A stretch of DNA of 64,000 nucleotides from Fervidicoccaceae archaeon (lineage in GTDB: Archaea > Thermoproteota > Thermoprotei_A > Sulfolobales > Fervidicoccaceae): contig JAVYOA010000001.1 of assembly GCA_038734945.1 (NCBI GenBank), positions 1 through 64,000 of the forward strand. Direction: 5' to 3'. The notes below the pieces were generated by a model that saw only the letters and a program-made list of their open reading frames with translations, searched no databases and was not told the origin of the DNA. The first letter of the stretch is position 1. Every line of letters begins with the position of its first letter. Of the stretch, positions 1 through 9,342 are shown piece by piece. The translations under genes and the position numbers were made by a program.

Positions 1-322
1 GACCATCATGCCAAGTGGCATTGGTTCTCAGCTTAAATACGTAGCAGCCACATGTGGTGTTTACATAATAGCTCTCTGCCAGTCCCGGAACCAAGTTCAG
101 GTTATTGTCGAACCTAAGCAGCGTGTCATAGATCTGTGCCTCCACCAGCCCTGCATATAGCGCACTATTGAGAGCCAGGCTTGTTGGCTCAGACGGTACT
201 GCAATTACAAGGGTTCCTCCAACCTGTATGGCTCCAACACTTGGAAACAAAATCAAGAGTGCTATGAAGGTGGCTGTAGCCGCTACCTTCACTGCATTTC
301 TTGTAGCTATATCAGTGCTCAT
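1..322 (-). CDS. Peptide/nickel ABC transporter substrate-binding protein, family 5 (N-terminal part; runs off the window start)
   Basis: Hand translation from ATG at 322: MSTDIATRNAVKVAATATFIALLILFPSVGAIQVGGTLVIAVPSEPTSL...IYDTLLRFDNNLNLVPGLAESY...YVFKLRTNATWHDG. Signal peptide plus SBP family-5 signature; GAGGTG RBS; divergent from the dpp genes. Not in the ORF track. Confidence 0.9.
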   Translation of the reverse strand, partial: MSTDIATRNAVKVAATATFIALLILFPSVGAIQVGGTLVIAVPSEPTSLALNSALYAGLVEAQIYDTLLRFDNNLNLVPGLAESYYVNTTCGCYVFKLRTNATWHDG

Positions 323-566
323 ATTTATTCTACACCTCACATGGAGTGGTTTTAAAAATATCTAGAGGAACTAACGAAAGAAACACAAACATATAAAAGT
401 ATCTTCTAATTTCAGAGGAAAACAGTGGGATTCGTAGTATTGATAATTATTTTAAACATGAAAATTAAAAAACTAATAAGTTTTTTGAGAATAACACTTT
501 TAAGTCTAAACAATTAACCGATTCTAAAATCGTGCGCAAACCTTTGTCCAAAAGAGAGAGATTGAG

Positions 567-1526
567 ATGAGTGAGTTCCTCCTCGAAGTAGATAAGTTGA
601 GCATCAGTTATCTCATGGGAAAGAACAAGTTCAGGGCTCTGAAGAATATCAATATGAAAGTTAGGAGAGGAGAAGTAGTTGCGCTAGTTGGGGAGAGCGG
701 CTCAGGGAAAACTACCCTAATAAGGAGCATTATGAGGGTTCTACCAAAATCCGCAATCATTGAAGAAGGGAAAATTCTCTTTGAAGGCATCGACATTCTG
801 AAACTTAGTGAAGAGGAGATGCTGAAAATAAGAGGGAAAAAAATCACTATGGTCTTCCAAGATCCAGTGAGCCATCTAAATCCCGTCATGACTGTTAGAG
901 AGCAAATTGTGGAATCCCTGATGCTTCACAGAAGAATGACAGAAAAGGAGGCTGAGGAGGAGGCGCTCAGACTCCTATCGCTTATGCGCCTGAAAGATCC
1001 GAAAAGGGTTCTCTCCCTATATCCTCACCAGCTGAGCGGAGGGATGGCGCAGAGAGTGCTAATAGCAATGGCTCTCTCCAGCAATCCCTCAATGCTAATT
1101 GCAGATGAGCCTACTTCTGCTCTTGACCCAACAGTCCAGGTCAGGATTCTCTCCCTCTTGAAGGAGATTCACGAAAAGGAAAATCTGACTGTTTTGATTG
1201 TTACCCACGATCTCTCTGTTGTAGCGTACATGGCTGACTATGTTTATGTAATCTATGGCGGAAGGATTATGGAATCGGGAAATGTTTTTAGATTGTTTAA
1301 AAACCCAGTGCACCCCTATACTCGCGAGCTTCTGCTAAGCCTAAGCGGAAAAGCAAATGGAGAAAGTGCAAGAGCAATAAAAGAATTTTCTGAAGATGGA
1401 TGTCCATTTGCTCCAAGATGTCCACTTGCAGATGAAAAATGCGCTGCAGGCTTTCCTCCATATATTGAAATAGGAGATGGTCTGTATGCCTGCTACAATG
1501 CCGATAAGGGGGGATTTGTATCTTGA
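567..1526 (+). CDS. dppD: Oligopeptide/dipeptide ABC transporter ATP-binding protein
   Basis: GESGSGKT Walker A, LSGGMAQR signature, ADEPTSALD, HPYT and C-terminal Cys cluster (GCPFAPRCP...C...C). Confidence 0.92.
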   Translation: MSEFLLEVDKLSISYLMGKNKFRALKNINMKVRRGEVVALVGESGSGKTTLIRSIMRVLPKSAIIEEGKILFEGIDILKLSEEEMLKIRGKKITMVFQDPVSHLNPVMTVREQIVESLMLHRRMTEKEAEEEALRLLSLMRLKDPKRVLSLYPHQLSGGMAQRVLIAMALSSNPSMLIADEPTSALDPTVQVRILSLLKEIHEKENLTVLIVTHDLSVVAYMADYVYVIYGGRIMESGNVFRLFKNPVHPYTRELLLSLSGKANGESARAIKEFSEDGCPFAPRCPLADEKCAAGFPPYIEIGDGLYACYNADKGGFVS

Positions 1527-2503
1527 CCGGAAGCAAGGTTCTCCTTGAAGCCGTTCAGCTGAAAAAATACTTCAGGGAATCCTCGTTTCTTGGAAAAACT
1601 GTTAAAGTAACGAAAGCGGTGGATGGTGTGTCCTTCAATGTTGAGAGGGGTGAAAAATTCTGCGTAGTGGGGGAAAGCGGCTCGGGAAAAACTACTTTAG
1701 CAAGAATAGTTGCTGGACTGCTTGACTATGATGAGGGGGAGCTGAGGCTTGATGGAAAAAGCTATAGAGAGCTGTTGAAAAAGGATAGAAGAGGCTTTAG
1801 AAGAAAAGTGCAAATAATATTTCAGGATCCCTATTCTGCCACCAATCCAAGAAAGAGCGTAAGAGAGATACTTGAGAGACCTCTTAAACTGCATGGCATA
1901 GAGCACACAGAAGAAGATCTGCTCCGCCTGCTGGAATCCGTAGGTCTAGCTCCAGCCAGCGAAATCATTAATAGAATGCCTTGGGAGCTCAGTGGAGGGC
2001 AGAGGCAGAGGCTGTTCATTGCAAGAGCACTGTCACTGAACCCTGAGCTGCTTGTAGCAGATGAGCCTGTATCGATGCTTGATGTTACAGTAAGAGCTCA
2101 GATTCTCACTCTCCTGAATAGGCTATACAGAGAAAGGAAGATGTCGATAATGCTCATATCGCACGACATGCTTACTGTCAATGCTTTCTGCGACAGAGTA
2201 GCTGTAATGTATCTGGGAAAGTTCGTGGAAGTGGGGAAAGCAGAGGAGCTGTATTCCCATCCAATTCATCCATATACAGAGCTTCTCGTAAGCTCAACGC
2301 TCAAACCAAATCCGGAGGAGAGAGAGAAAATTGAGCTGCGTGAGAAGGATGAAGCCTCAGCTATTCCATCCATAGGATGCAGATTCTACCCAAGATGCCT
2401 GTATGCTATTGAAAAGTGCGCAAAGGAGGAGCCCGATCTCCTTGAGGTATTACCTGGAAGACTTTCTGCTTGTCATGTTAGAAATGGGGGTAAAGTAAAG
2501 TGA
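1523..2503 (+). CDS. dppF: Oligopeptide/dipeptide ABC transporter ATP-binding protein
   Basis: GESGSGKT, LSGGQRQR, ADEPVSMLD, GCRFYPRC; 4-bp overlap with the upstream gene. Confidence 0.92.
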   Translation: MTGSKVLLEAVQLKKYFRESSFLGKTVKVTKAVDGVSFNVERGEKFCVVGESGSGKTTLARIVAGLLDYDEGELRLDGKSYRELLKKDRRGFRRKVQIIFQDPYSATNPRKSVREILERPLKLHGIEHTEEDLLRLLESVGLAPASEIINRMPWELSGGQRQRLFIARALSLNPELLVADEPVSMLDVTVRAQILTLLNRLYRERKMSIMLISHDMLTVNAFCDRVAVMYLGKFVEVGKAEELYSHPIHPYTELLVSSTLKPNPEEREKIELREKDEASAIPSIGCRFYPRCLYAIEKCAKEEPDLLEVLPGRLSACHVRNGGKVK

Positions 2504-3477
2504 AAAAGTTCACATTGTTCGTGCTCAAGAGATTCATAGCTGCTGTGTTGGTCATAGTTGCTGTGGTGCTCATTTCATTTTTTGTTATAAATTTAGCTCC
2601 AGGTAATCCCGCAGTTATGCTTGCAGGTGAAGCAGCTTCCCCCGAATACATAAAGGAAATAGAAAAAGCATATGGATTCGATAAGCCGATAGAGGAAAGG
2701 CTGGTCATATACCTTGAACGTCTCTTTGTAGGGGATTGGGGATATTCTACATATTATCAAGCACCTGTGTTGAGTGCAATTTTGAACAGGCTTCCCGCAA
2801 CTCTTCTGCTTATGCTGACCGCTCTGACTATTGCTATTTTTGCAGGGGTATATCTAGGTGCAATCACTGCTGGGAGGGCATTCACAAAGTTAGATACTGT
2901 GATCAACTATCTTGGTCTGGTGTTCTATTCATTTCCAGCATATTGGTTAGCTCTATTGCTTGTGCTTCTCTTCTCCCTATATGTTCCTCTCTTTCCAACG
3001 GGAGGTATAATTGATATAGGGATTGAAGGAGTTTTCCAAAAAGTAATCAATGTGCTTTGGCACATGGTCCTTCCAGTTTCTACCTTGGCGCTCATATTCA
3101 TGGCCTCATATTTGAGGCTAACAAGGTCTGTAATGATTGATGTCCTTTCCTCGAACTACATATTCACAGCCATAGCAAAGGGATTGCCGAGGAAAAGAAT
3201 AATTTTCAAACATGCTTTGAGGAACGCTCTAATTCCAGTAATCGCCATGGCTGGAACTCAATTCGGTCAGGTCATTGCTGGGGCTGTGCTTACAGAAACG
3301 ATATTCTCTTGGCCTGGAATTGGGTCGCTTCTAATTCAGGCAGTTACCTTTAGGGATTATCCGCTTGTGATCGGCATTTTCATAATGACTGCTATTGCTA
3401 CCTCTGTATCGAATTTTGTTGCTGACATACTCATGGCGAGGGTTGATCCAAGAGTTAGAGCTAAGTTGATGGGGTGA
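2500..3477 (+). CDS. dppB: Peptide ABC transporter permease (DppB/OppB type)
   Basis: LAPGNPA, RLPATLLL, EAA-like loop TAIAKGL..KHALRNALIP, ETIFSWPGIG, C-terminal DPRV. Confidence 0.92.
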   Translation: MKKFTLFVLKRFIAAVLVIVAVVLISFFVINLAPGNPAVMLAGEAASPEYIKEIEKAYGFDKPIEERLVIYLERLFVGDWGYSTYYQAPVLSAILNRLPATLLLMLTALTIAIFAGVYLGAITAGRAFTKLDTVINYLGLVFYSFPAYWLALLLVLLFSLYVPLFPTGGIIDIGIEGVFQKVINVLWHMVLPVSTLALIFMASYLRLTRSVMIDVLSSNYIFTAIAKGLPRKRIIFKHALRNALIPVIAMAGTQFGQVIAGAVLTETIFSWPGIGSLLIQAVTFRDYPLVIGIFIMTAIATSVSNFVADILMARVDPRVRAKLMG

Positions 3478-3486
3478 AAATGAGAC

Positions 3487-4317
3487 ATGAAGATCGGAAC
3501 AAAGCTTTCGGCTCTTGCTAAGCCAAGGAATCTCTTTCCTGCTGCCATTCTAGCAGTTGTCTTCATATTTGCAGTGTTCGCTGAGTTCATAGCTCCATAT
3601 CCGCCTCTAAAGACGGGGGTAGGTCCTGTTCTTTCCCCGCCATCGCTAACTTATCTGATGGGCACCGACCAAGTTGGCTCTGATATATTCAGTCAGGTTG
3701 TATATGGAAGTAGAACAGCGCTATATGTAGGCTTTCTATCTGGATTCATTGGTCTCGCCACAGCTCTTCTTCTTGGTTTACTTTCCGGTTACTATGGAAA
3801 GATGATTGATATGATAGTCATGAGAATCGTTGATCTTTTCCTCTCAATTCCTGTCTTCGTTTTCATGATAGTGCTGCTTGTAGTTTTTGGAAGCAATATT
3901 AACAATATAGCCCTGATTCTAGGTTTCTTTTCATGGCCTCTCATGACTAGGGTTGTTAGGTCACAAACGCTTTCAATTTCTGAGAAGGAATTCGTTGCTG
4001 CTGCCAAATCAATAGGAGAGAGGGATCTATATATATTGTTCAGGGAGATACTCCCAAACGTGTGGCCCTCGGTCATTCCCCTCTTCATGATGACAGTTAG
4101 CGGGAACATAGTAGCAGAGAGCGGAATAAGCTTTCTGGGATTGGGAGACCCGAACATTGCAAGCTGGGGAAAAACCTTGGCAATGGCCAGCAGAGCTTTC
4201 TATGCTGGATCATGGTGGGGAATCTTTTTTCCAGGATTGGTCCTAACTCTGACAATAGTATCACTGAATTTGATCAGTGACTATATTGTTAGCATCTTAA
4301 CCAGAACAGAAAAGTAA
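3487..4317 (+). CDS. dppC: Peptide ABC transporter permease (DppC/OppC type)
   Basis: MGTDQVGSDIFSQVVYG, EFVAAAKSIG, ISFLGLGDP..SWG motifs. Confidence 0.92.
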   Translation: MKIGTKLSALAKPRNLFPAAILAVVFIFAVFAEFIAPYPPLKTGVGPVLSPPSLTYLMGTDQVGSDIFSQVVYGSRTALYVGFLSGFIGLATALLLGLLSGYYGKMIDMIVMRIVDLFLSIPVFVFMIVLLVVFGSNINNIALILGFFSWPLMTRVVRSQTLSISEKEFVAAAKSIGERDLYILFREILPNVWPSVIPLFMMTVSGNIVAESGISFLGLGDPNIASWGKTLAMASRAFYAGSWWGIFFPGLVLTLTIVSLNLISDYIVSILTRTEK

Positions 4318-4441
4318 GCTGACCTCATCTTGTCCAGAGAAGAGGCTTTTTGGTTTGAAATACAGCAATTTAACTTTTTGTCTAAAAAAGTTCCGACAGT
4401 TTTTTAAGCAGATTCGGAAATGATGAACTTTGGTGGAAAAA

Positions 4442-4693
4442 ATGAGCGATGATGAGACTTATGTTGAGCTTTACGGAGAGCTCATATCGCTTAAGGAGCT
4501 TGCGATCTCCTCACTTATCTCAACAGTTCTAGCATTTGCCCTCTATTACATCTCTCCATATGCAGCTCAAGTGCTGGGGATGCCTAATTTGGCTAGTGCC
4601 TTGAAGATAACCCTTGGTGCAATAGGAGCCAGCATAGGCTTCTTCCTATCGGTGCCTATAACCAGGGTAAAGAGGGTGATTGAGGAGGATTGA
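4442..4693 (+). CDS. Small two-TM membrane protein, partner of the TctA-like permease
   Basis: 83 aa from ATG 4442 (track starts at TTG 4430); two hydrophobic helices; 4-bp overlap with the next gene. Confidence 0.7.
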   Translation: MSDDETYVELYGELISLKELAISSLISTVLAFALYYISPYAAQVLGMPNLASALKITLGAIGASIGFFLSVPITRVKRVIEED

Positions 4694-6063
4694 TCGTGGA
4701 CGCTGTTCTATTTGCCCAAGCAGCTTTGCTGTCTGTCGTTTCCTCAGTGATATATATTTTTATAGGGATTTTGCCTGGAACAGATGAAACTGCTACTATG
4801 GCCCCGATAGCTTTGGCATTAATGCTGGCTGGGCTCGATCCTCTGCTCGTTCTCGCGTGGTTCATGGCATCGATAGTTGCTTTCAAGATAGGTGATGCTG
4901 TTCCTGTCGCCCTAGCAGGAATACCTGGTGGTGTCATGGCTGTCCCTCAGGTTCCAGATGCTCTTGTTGCTAAGGAAAACGGGCTCGCTGATGCACTGCT
5001 CAGAAAGGGAAATGCTGCTGCCCTTATTTCCTCCATTGTTGTAACTCTCTTTGTCCTTGGTGTTTCATACGCTATAATGCCTATAGGAGCCTGGCTGAAC
5101 TCTCAGGACATAGTCCTTGGAGTGAAAGTATACAGGTGGTTCTGGCTAATCCTTGTTGGAGTCATAATACTAGCATTAACATCAAAAAACAAATGGCTCT
5201 CTGTATTGATGATACCATCATTTGCCATACTTGTACAGGGAGTGAGGGGGGTATACGGGAAAACCGTCTCGATAAGCCTTTTCCTTGGAATAACCATCGG
5301 CCCAATGTTATTTGAGCTGTTCAGAGCTCTGAACAAGGAGCTGAGAAAGCGGATGGAAAAGAGAGGAGTAAAAGAAGTCAGGCTGGCAAAGATAGGAAAG
5401 ATTTCGCTCAATCCCTTATCTCATATAAATAAGGAAGAGCTGCTGCATGTGCTGATATGGTCTCCGTTGTCTTCTGTTCTTGCGACAGTCATGTCTCCTG
5501 TGGGACTTACAATACTAATAGGAGACACGCTAAGAGAAACCAAGAAGGACAGGCTTCAGGGATCACTTCTTGCTTATACAGTTAGAGAAGGGGTCAAGTT
5601 GGGGACATATGTAGGAGGGACCTTGATACCCCTATTGGTGATTGGGGCTGCTACAGGTCCGATGAGTGCTGGCCCTGCCGCTCCATTCTTCCAGACAATC
5701 CAGAGCATTGGAATGCAGCCCTACAAATACATTCTATCTCACTACAGTTATGGGGAAGTTGCTGCTATGATTCTCTTCTCCGTTATCATATCCTTGCTTG
5801 TCGCATATCCTCTAATCGTTAAATACTCCAGGTCTCTAACTCTTCTGGTCTTCAGAAAGGTTTCCGCCGAAGCTCTGTATGGGCTGTTTATTGCCATAGT
5901 TCTCCTGCTCGCTTACTATGATGCTGGAATTCCCGGAATATTTGGAATGCTCCTGGTATCGTTGATATCTGGAACTTTGAGCACATTAGGAGTATCTCTC
6001 GGTGTGCTCTTCATGGTATTAGTTGGAGCCCCAACTATATCTGCCCTTTTGGCAGCCCTGTGA
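4690..6063 (+). CDS. Tripartite tricarboxylate transporter TctA-family (DUF112-like) permease
   Basis: 457-aa polytopic membrane protein with the TctA-type N-terminal motif IGILPG and a later AGIPGG motif. Confidence 0.7.
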   Translation: MIVDAVLFAQAALLSVVSSVIYIFIGILPGTDETATMAPIALALMLAGLDPLLVLAWFMASIVAFKIGDAVPVALAGIPGGVMAVPQVPDALVAKENGLADALLRKGNAAALISSIVVTLFVLGVSYAIMPIGAWLNSQDIVLGVKVYRWFWLILVGVIILALTSKNKWLSVLMIPSFAILVQGVRGVYGKTVSISLFLGITIGPMLFELFRALNKELRKRMEKRGVKEVRLAKIGKISLNPLSHINKEELLHVLIWSPLSSVLATVMSPVGLTILIGDTLRETKKDRLQGSLLAYTVREGVKLGTYVGGTLIPLLVIGAATGPMSAGPAAPFFQTIQSIGMQPYKYILSHYSYGEVAAMILFSVIISLLVAYPLIVKYSRSLTLLVFRKVSAEALYGLFIAIVLLLAYYDAGIPGIFGMLLVSLISGTLSTLGVSLGVLFMVLVGAPTISALLAAL

Positions 6064-6074
6064 GGTAACCGGAA

Positions 6075-7073
6075 ATGAGGGTTTCAGCATCCGCTCCTGG
6101 AAAAGTAACGCTGTTTGGAGAGCATGCTGTTGTCTACGGATATCCAGCACTGGTAGTTGCAATAGAAAAGCGGGTACATGCTACAGCAGAATCCAGAAAT
6201 GATAATGTAATAAAGATAAGTGCTCGAGATCTCAGAGTTCCAGGCATTGTGATTTCCTATATAGGAAACGAAGTTGTGCTGGAGACTGACTATGGAATGG
6301 TTCTTCCCGCTATAGCTTATATAAATAAGGCAATTGAGCTAACTTCCAGATACTTAGGAATTAAGAAGGGCATAAACATAGAGATAAAGTCGGAAATGCC
6401 GGTGGGAGCTGGTCTGGGAACATCAGCAGCAGTAGCTATCTCTACCATAGCAGCATATGCAGCTGTCAACGGCTATGAATTGAGCAGGGAGGAAATAGCT
6501 AAAATTGGATGGGACGTTGAAAAGGAGGTGCAGGGAATTGCTTCTCCCATGGATACATCCATAACATCAATTGGAGGATACTTGAAGATAAAATTTGAGA
6601 GGGATAATGTTGAGAGGCTACCTATTAAGGTAAATAGAGAGCTTCCTCTCATAATAGGTTATGTAGAGAGGGAGGCCAAGACAAGGGATATGGTTGCAAT
6701 GGTTAAGGAAAGAATGACTCAATATCCGGAAATATACGAGAGCATTATGAGGCTAATAGGAACTGTGGTCAATAGAGCTGAGCTCTCTCTAGAAAAGGGC
6801 GATTTAAGGGAGCTCGGCTTTCTCATGAATTTGAATCACTCCCTCCTAGATGCCCTGGGAGTTTCAACCAGGAGACTCAATGAACTGGTTCATGTAGCAA
6901 AGGACTCCGGAGCCTATGGAGCAAAGCTAACCGGTGCTGGAGGAGGCGGCTGTGTTATTGCTCTTGTTCCAGAAAAGCAGGAGATAGTTGAAACTTCGAT
7001 GAAGCTTCACGGTTCCTTAGTAATCAGAACAAAGCTAGGAGCGGAGGGCGTCAGAGTTGATTCTGTGGAATGA
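6075..7073 (+). CDS. mvk: Mevalonate kinase
   Basis: GHMP motifs APGKVTLFGEHAVVYG, PVGAGLGTSAA, SPMDT, AKLTGAGGGG. Confidence 0.93.
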   Translation: MRVSASAPGKVTLFGEHAVVYGYPALVVAIEKRVHATAESRNDNVIKISARDLRVPGIVISYIGNEVVLETDYGMVLPAIAYINKAIELTSRYLGIKKGINIEIKSEMPVGAGLGTSAAVAISTIAAYAAVNGYELSREEIAKIGWDVEKEVQGIASPMDTSITSIGGYLKIKFERDNVERLPIKVNRELPLIIGYVEREAKTRDMVAMVKERMTQYPEIYESIMRLIGTVVNRAELSLEKGDLRELGFLMNLNHSLLDALGVSTRRLNELVHVAKDSGAYGAKLTGAGGGGCVIALVPEKQEIVETSMKLHGSLVIRTKLGAEGVRVDSVE

Positions 7074-7113
7074 GGATCTCTAAAATAAAATGTGCAGGAC
7101 AAAGCTGTGGTAT

Positions 7114-7803
7114 CTACTGAAGCTTGGAGAGGATTTGCGGGAGCTCCGTCAAAGCTCGCACTATGACTGCTTTTTTTCCTATATGTATTGCTCTCTCAAC
7201 TTCTCTCCTTATAAGTACAGCAGAGACCCCCGAGAGTAGGGCCCCAGCCAGATCATTTTCGAGGGAATCGCCTATGTGCACTAGGTCCTCCACCTTGCAG
7301 TTCAATCTCTCAGCTATTGCCTCGAAAGCCCTCTTGTCCGGCTTCTGGACTCCTGCTTCATCGGAGAACAGGGAAGCATCGAAATATTCGAGGAGATCAT
7401 TTCTCTCGAGTATATACCTGGTTACCATTCCTGGCCAGAACATGACGTTTCCCAAGAGCCCCATCCTATAGCCGAGCCCCTTCAGCTCTCTGACTGCGAT
7501 CTTGGCATCCTCAAAGGCCAGCTCTTCTATCTCTCTCTTCCTTAGAATTCTGACAAAAGCTCTGAAGAGCTCCTCCTCGCTCATTCCGAGCTCCTTGGAA
7601 AAGACCGCAGCTGAATCCAGGATGGGGCTCCTGAATGCTCCTTCTAGCCTCAGAGCAAGTGCTTTCCGGTAAGCTGAAAGAAGGAGATCTCTCACTTCGT
7701 TGGCATCCCTACTGTAGGATTCAGAGATCTCTTCCGATAAGAGCGAGTAAAGCTTTTCCAGATCCAATAGGGTATTCCATATATCAAATGAAAGACATTT
7801 CAA
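7114..7803 (-). CDS. HAD-superfamily hydrolase
   Basis: Motif I FDIWNTL, QKPD, motif IV HIGDSLENDLAGA. Confidence 0.85.
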   Translation of the reverse strand: MKCLSFDIWNTLLDLEKLYSLLSEEISESYSRDANEVRDLLLSAYRKALALRLEGAFRSPILDSAAVFSKELGMSEEELFRAFVRILRKREIEELAFEDAKIAVRELKGLGYRMGLLGNVMFWPGMVTRYILERNDLLEYFDASLFSDEAGVQKPDKRAFEAIAERLNCKVEDLVHIGDSLENDLAGALLSGVSAVLIRREVERAIHIGKKAVIVRALTELPQILSKLQ

Positions 7804-7818
7804 GGGGCTCCCCTTTCA

Positions 7819-8925
7819 TCAACGAACATTTTTTGTTCCATATCTGCTTATAAATTCGTCCAACATTCTTTTTGCCTCAAATGGAGACTGCACTGGCTTG
7901 GGAGGATGCTTCATGTAGTAGGCGCTGGCCTCCTGAATGGGACCAGAAAGTCCATTGTCCAGTGCAACCTTGGCCAGCCTTATCAGATCCATCATCGCTG
8001 CAGCATACATGCTCTTGTCATCTACCTTGAGCTTTACATCGAGCTCAACCGGGAATCCCAGAAATGATGTTGCCTTTATATAGATGTAAGCAATTTTTGT
8101 GTTCCCTAAGAATGGTACCCAGTCGCTGGGGCCTATTCTGATTCTCTTGGACTGAATTATCTCTGTTGGATTCTTGAGCGTGTGTGCTACAGCACTGGTT
8201 TTGCTCTCCCTCTTGCTCATCAGCCTCTCCTCTTCTTTCATATTCAAGAAATCTGTGTTTCCTCCTATGTTCAGCTGATAAGTTTCATTGACTGTTAGCC
8301 CCCTTTCTCTCATGAGAGCGGTCAGCGAAGAGTGAAGTATGGTAGCACCAAACTGTCCCTTTATGTCATCGCCGAGAAGAGGCAAGCCTGCTCTCCTGTA
8401 CTTTTCCTGCCATTCTCCCTTTGGATCGCTAGCAATGAAGACAGGCATACCATTTATGAAGGCTGCCCCTGCTCTTAAGGCTGCCTCTGCATAAAATCTA
8501 GTTGCTTCCTCGGATCCTACTGGAAGCATGTTTATTATTATTTCTGCCCCTGAACTCTTCATGGCAGCTACAATTTCATCCATTGTTATATTTCTTCCGT
8601 GCGGCATGAAGATATCTCTCATGTGCTCCGCTACACCATCAAGGACTGGGCCTGCAATGACCTTCACTCCAGTCTTCGTATCGTCGATAAGTCTTGGAAA
8701 GATGTTTGGTCCTTCGAATATAGCTTCCCCAAGATCTCTGTTTATTTTTCTCACATCTACATCTATGGCCAAGACGAAGTCTATGTCCTGTATTTTATAT
8801 CCGCCAATTTCTTCATAGAGAAGCTCTCTAGTTCTGCTCGGTTCCTTTTTAGAAAGAAGCACCCCCTGCACTATTGCTGAAGCGCAATTTCCTATTCCTA
8901 TTAGACCAACTTTGATTTTTCCCAT
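7819..8925 (-). CDS. ino1: myo-Inositol-1-phosphate synthase
   Basis: GIGNCAS, LPVGS, GDDIKGQFGAT, YQLNIGGNTDFLNM, SKRESKT, YMKHPP. ATG 8925 preferred over GTG 8934. Confidence 0.93.
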   Translation of the reverse strand: MGKIKVGLIGIGNCASAIVQGVLLSKKEPSRTRELLYEEIGGYKIQDIDFVLAIDVDVRKINRDLGEAIFEGPNIFPRLIDDTKTGVKVIAGPVLDGVAEHMRDIFMPHGRNITMDEIVAAMKSSGAEIIINMLPVGSEEATRFYAEAALRAGAAFINGMPVFIASDPKGEWQEKYRRAGLPLLGDDIKGQFGATILHSSLTALMRERGLTVNETYQLNIGGNTDFLNMKEEERLMSKRESKTSAVAHTLKNPTEIIQSKRIRIGPSDWVPFLGNTKIAYIYIKATSFLGFPVELDVKLKVDDKSMYAAAMMDLIRLAKVALDNGLSGPIQEASAYYMKHPPKPVQSPFEAKRMLDEFISRYGTKNVR

Positions 8926-9006
8926 GGCTCTCACGTATAAATTTTTTTATATGAAACTGCATTTGATTTTCTTGGTCCAATTAAAAAACTTTTTCAGGGG
9001 AAAAAA

Positions 9007-9342
9007 ATGAATGGTTTTGAAGCATCAAGGGCATTTGAGAGGTTGAGAAAAAAACTCGAGGGGGAAGTTCTCTGGATATATGTCTCCAATTTGCTTATGA
9101 ATGGAAGAGGCCTCAGCGTTGTTGAGCTGAAGAGAGAACTCAATGAAAAGTTTCTCATATCTGTTAGAACTGTATATCTATATACAGTGCTCTACAGGAT
9201 GGAGAGGGAAGGGCTCTTAAGGAGGGAAGCCAGGAAAAGTGGGGAGAGCATTTATTTCTTGACTGAAAGAGGGAGAGAAGTATATGAGAAGGGCATAGAG
9301 TATTTGAAGAATAAGCTCCAGCTGCTTACTGCTAGGCAATAA
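9007..9342 (+). CDS. PadR-family winged-helix transcriptional regulator
   Basis: LYTVLYRMEREGLL...YFLTERG PadR pattern; divergent from ino1. Confidence 0.8.
   Translation: MNGFEASRAFERLRKKLEGEVLWIYVSNLLMNGRGLSVVELKRELNEKFLISVRTVYLYTVLYRMEREGLLRREARKSGESIYFLTERGREVYEKGIEYLKNKLQLLTARQ

Noticed and set aside
361..430. Two (TCT/TTC)AGAGGAA motifs resembling mini-ORBs
   Set aside because: Weak matches inside the dpp divergent promoter; more likely chance or a regulator site.
4420..4470. C/D-box sRNA-like pattern (two ATGATGA)
   Set aside because: No proper CTGA D box, irregular guide lengths, and the second copy is coding sequence (SDDE).
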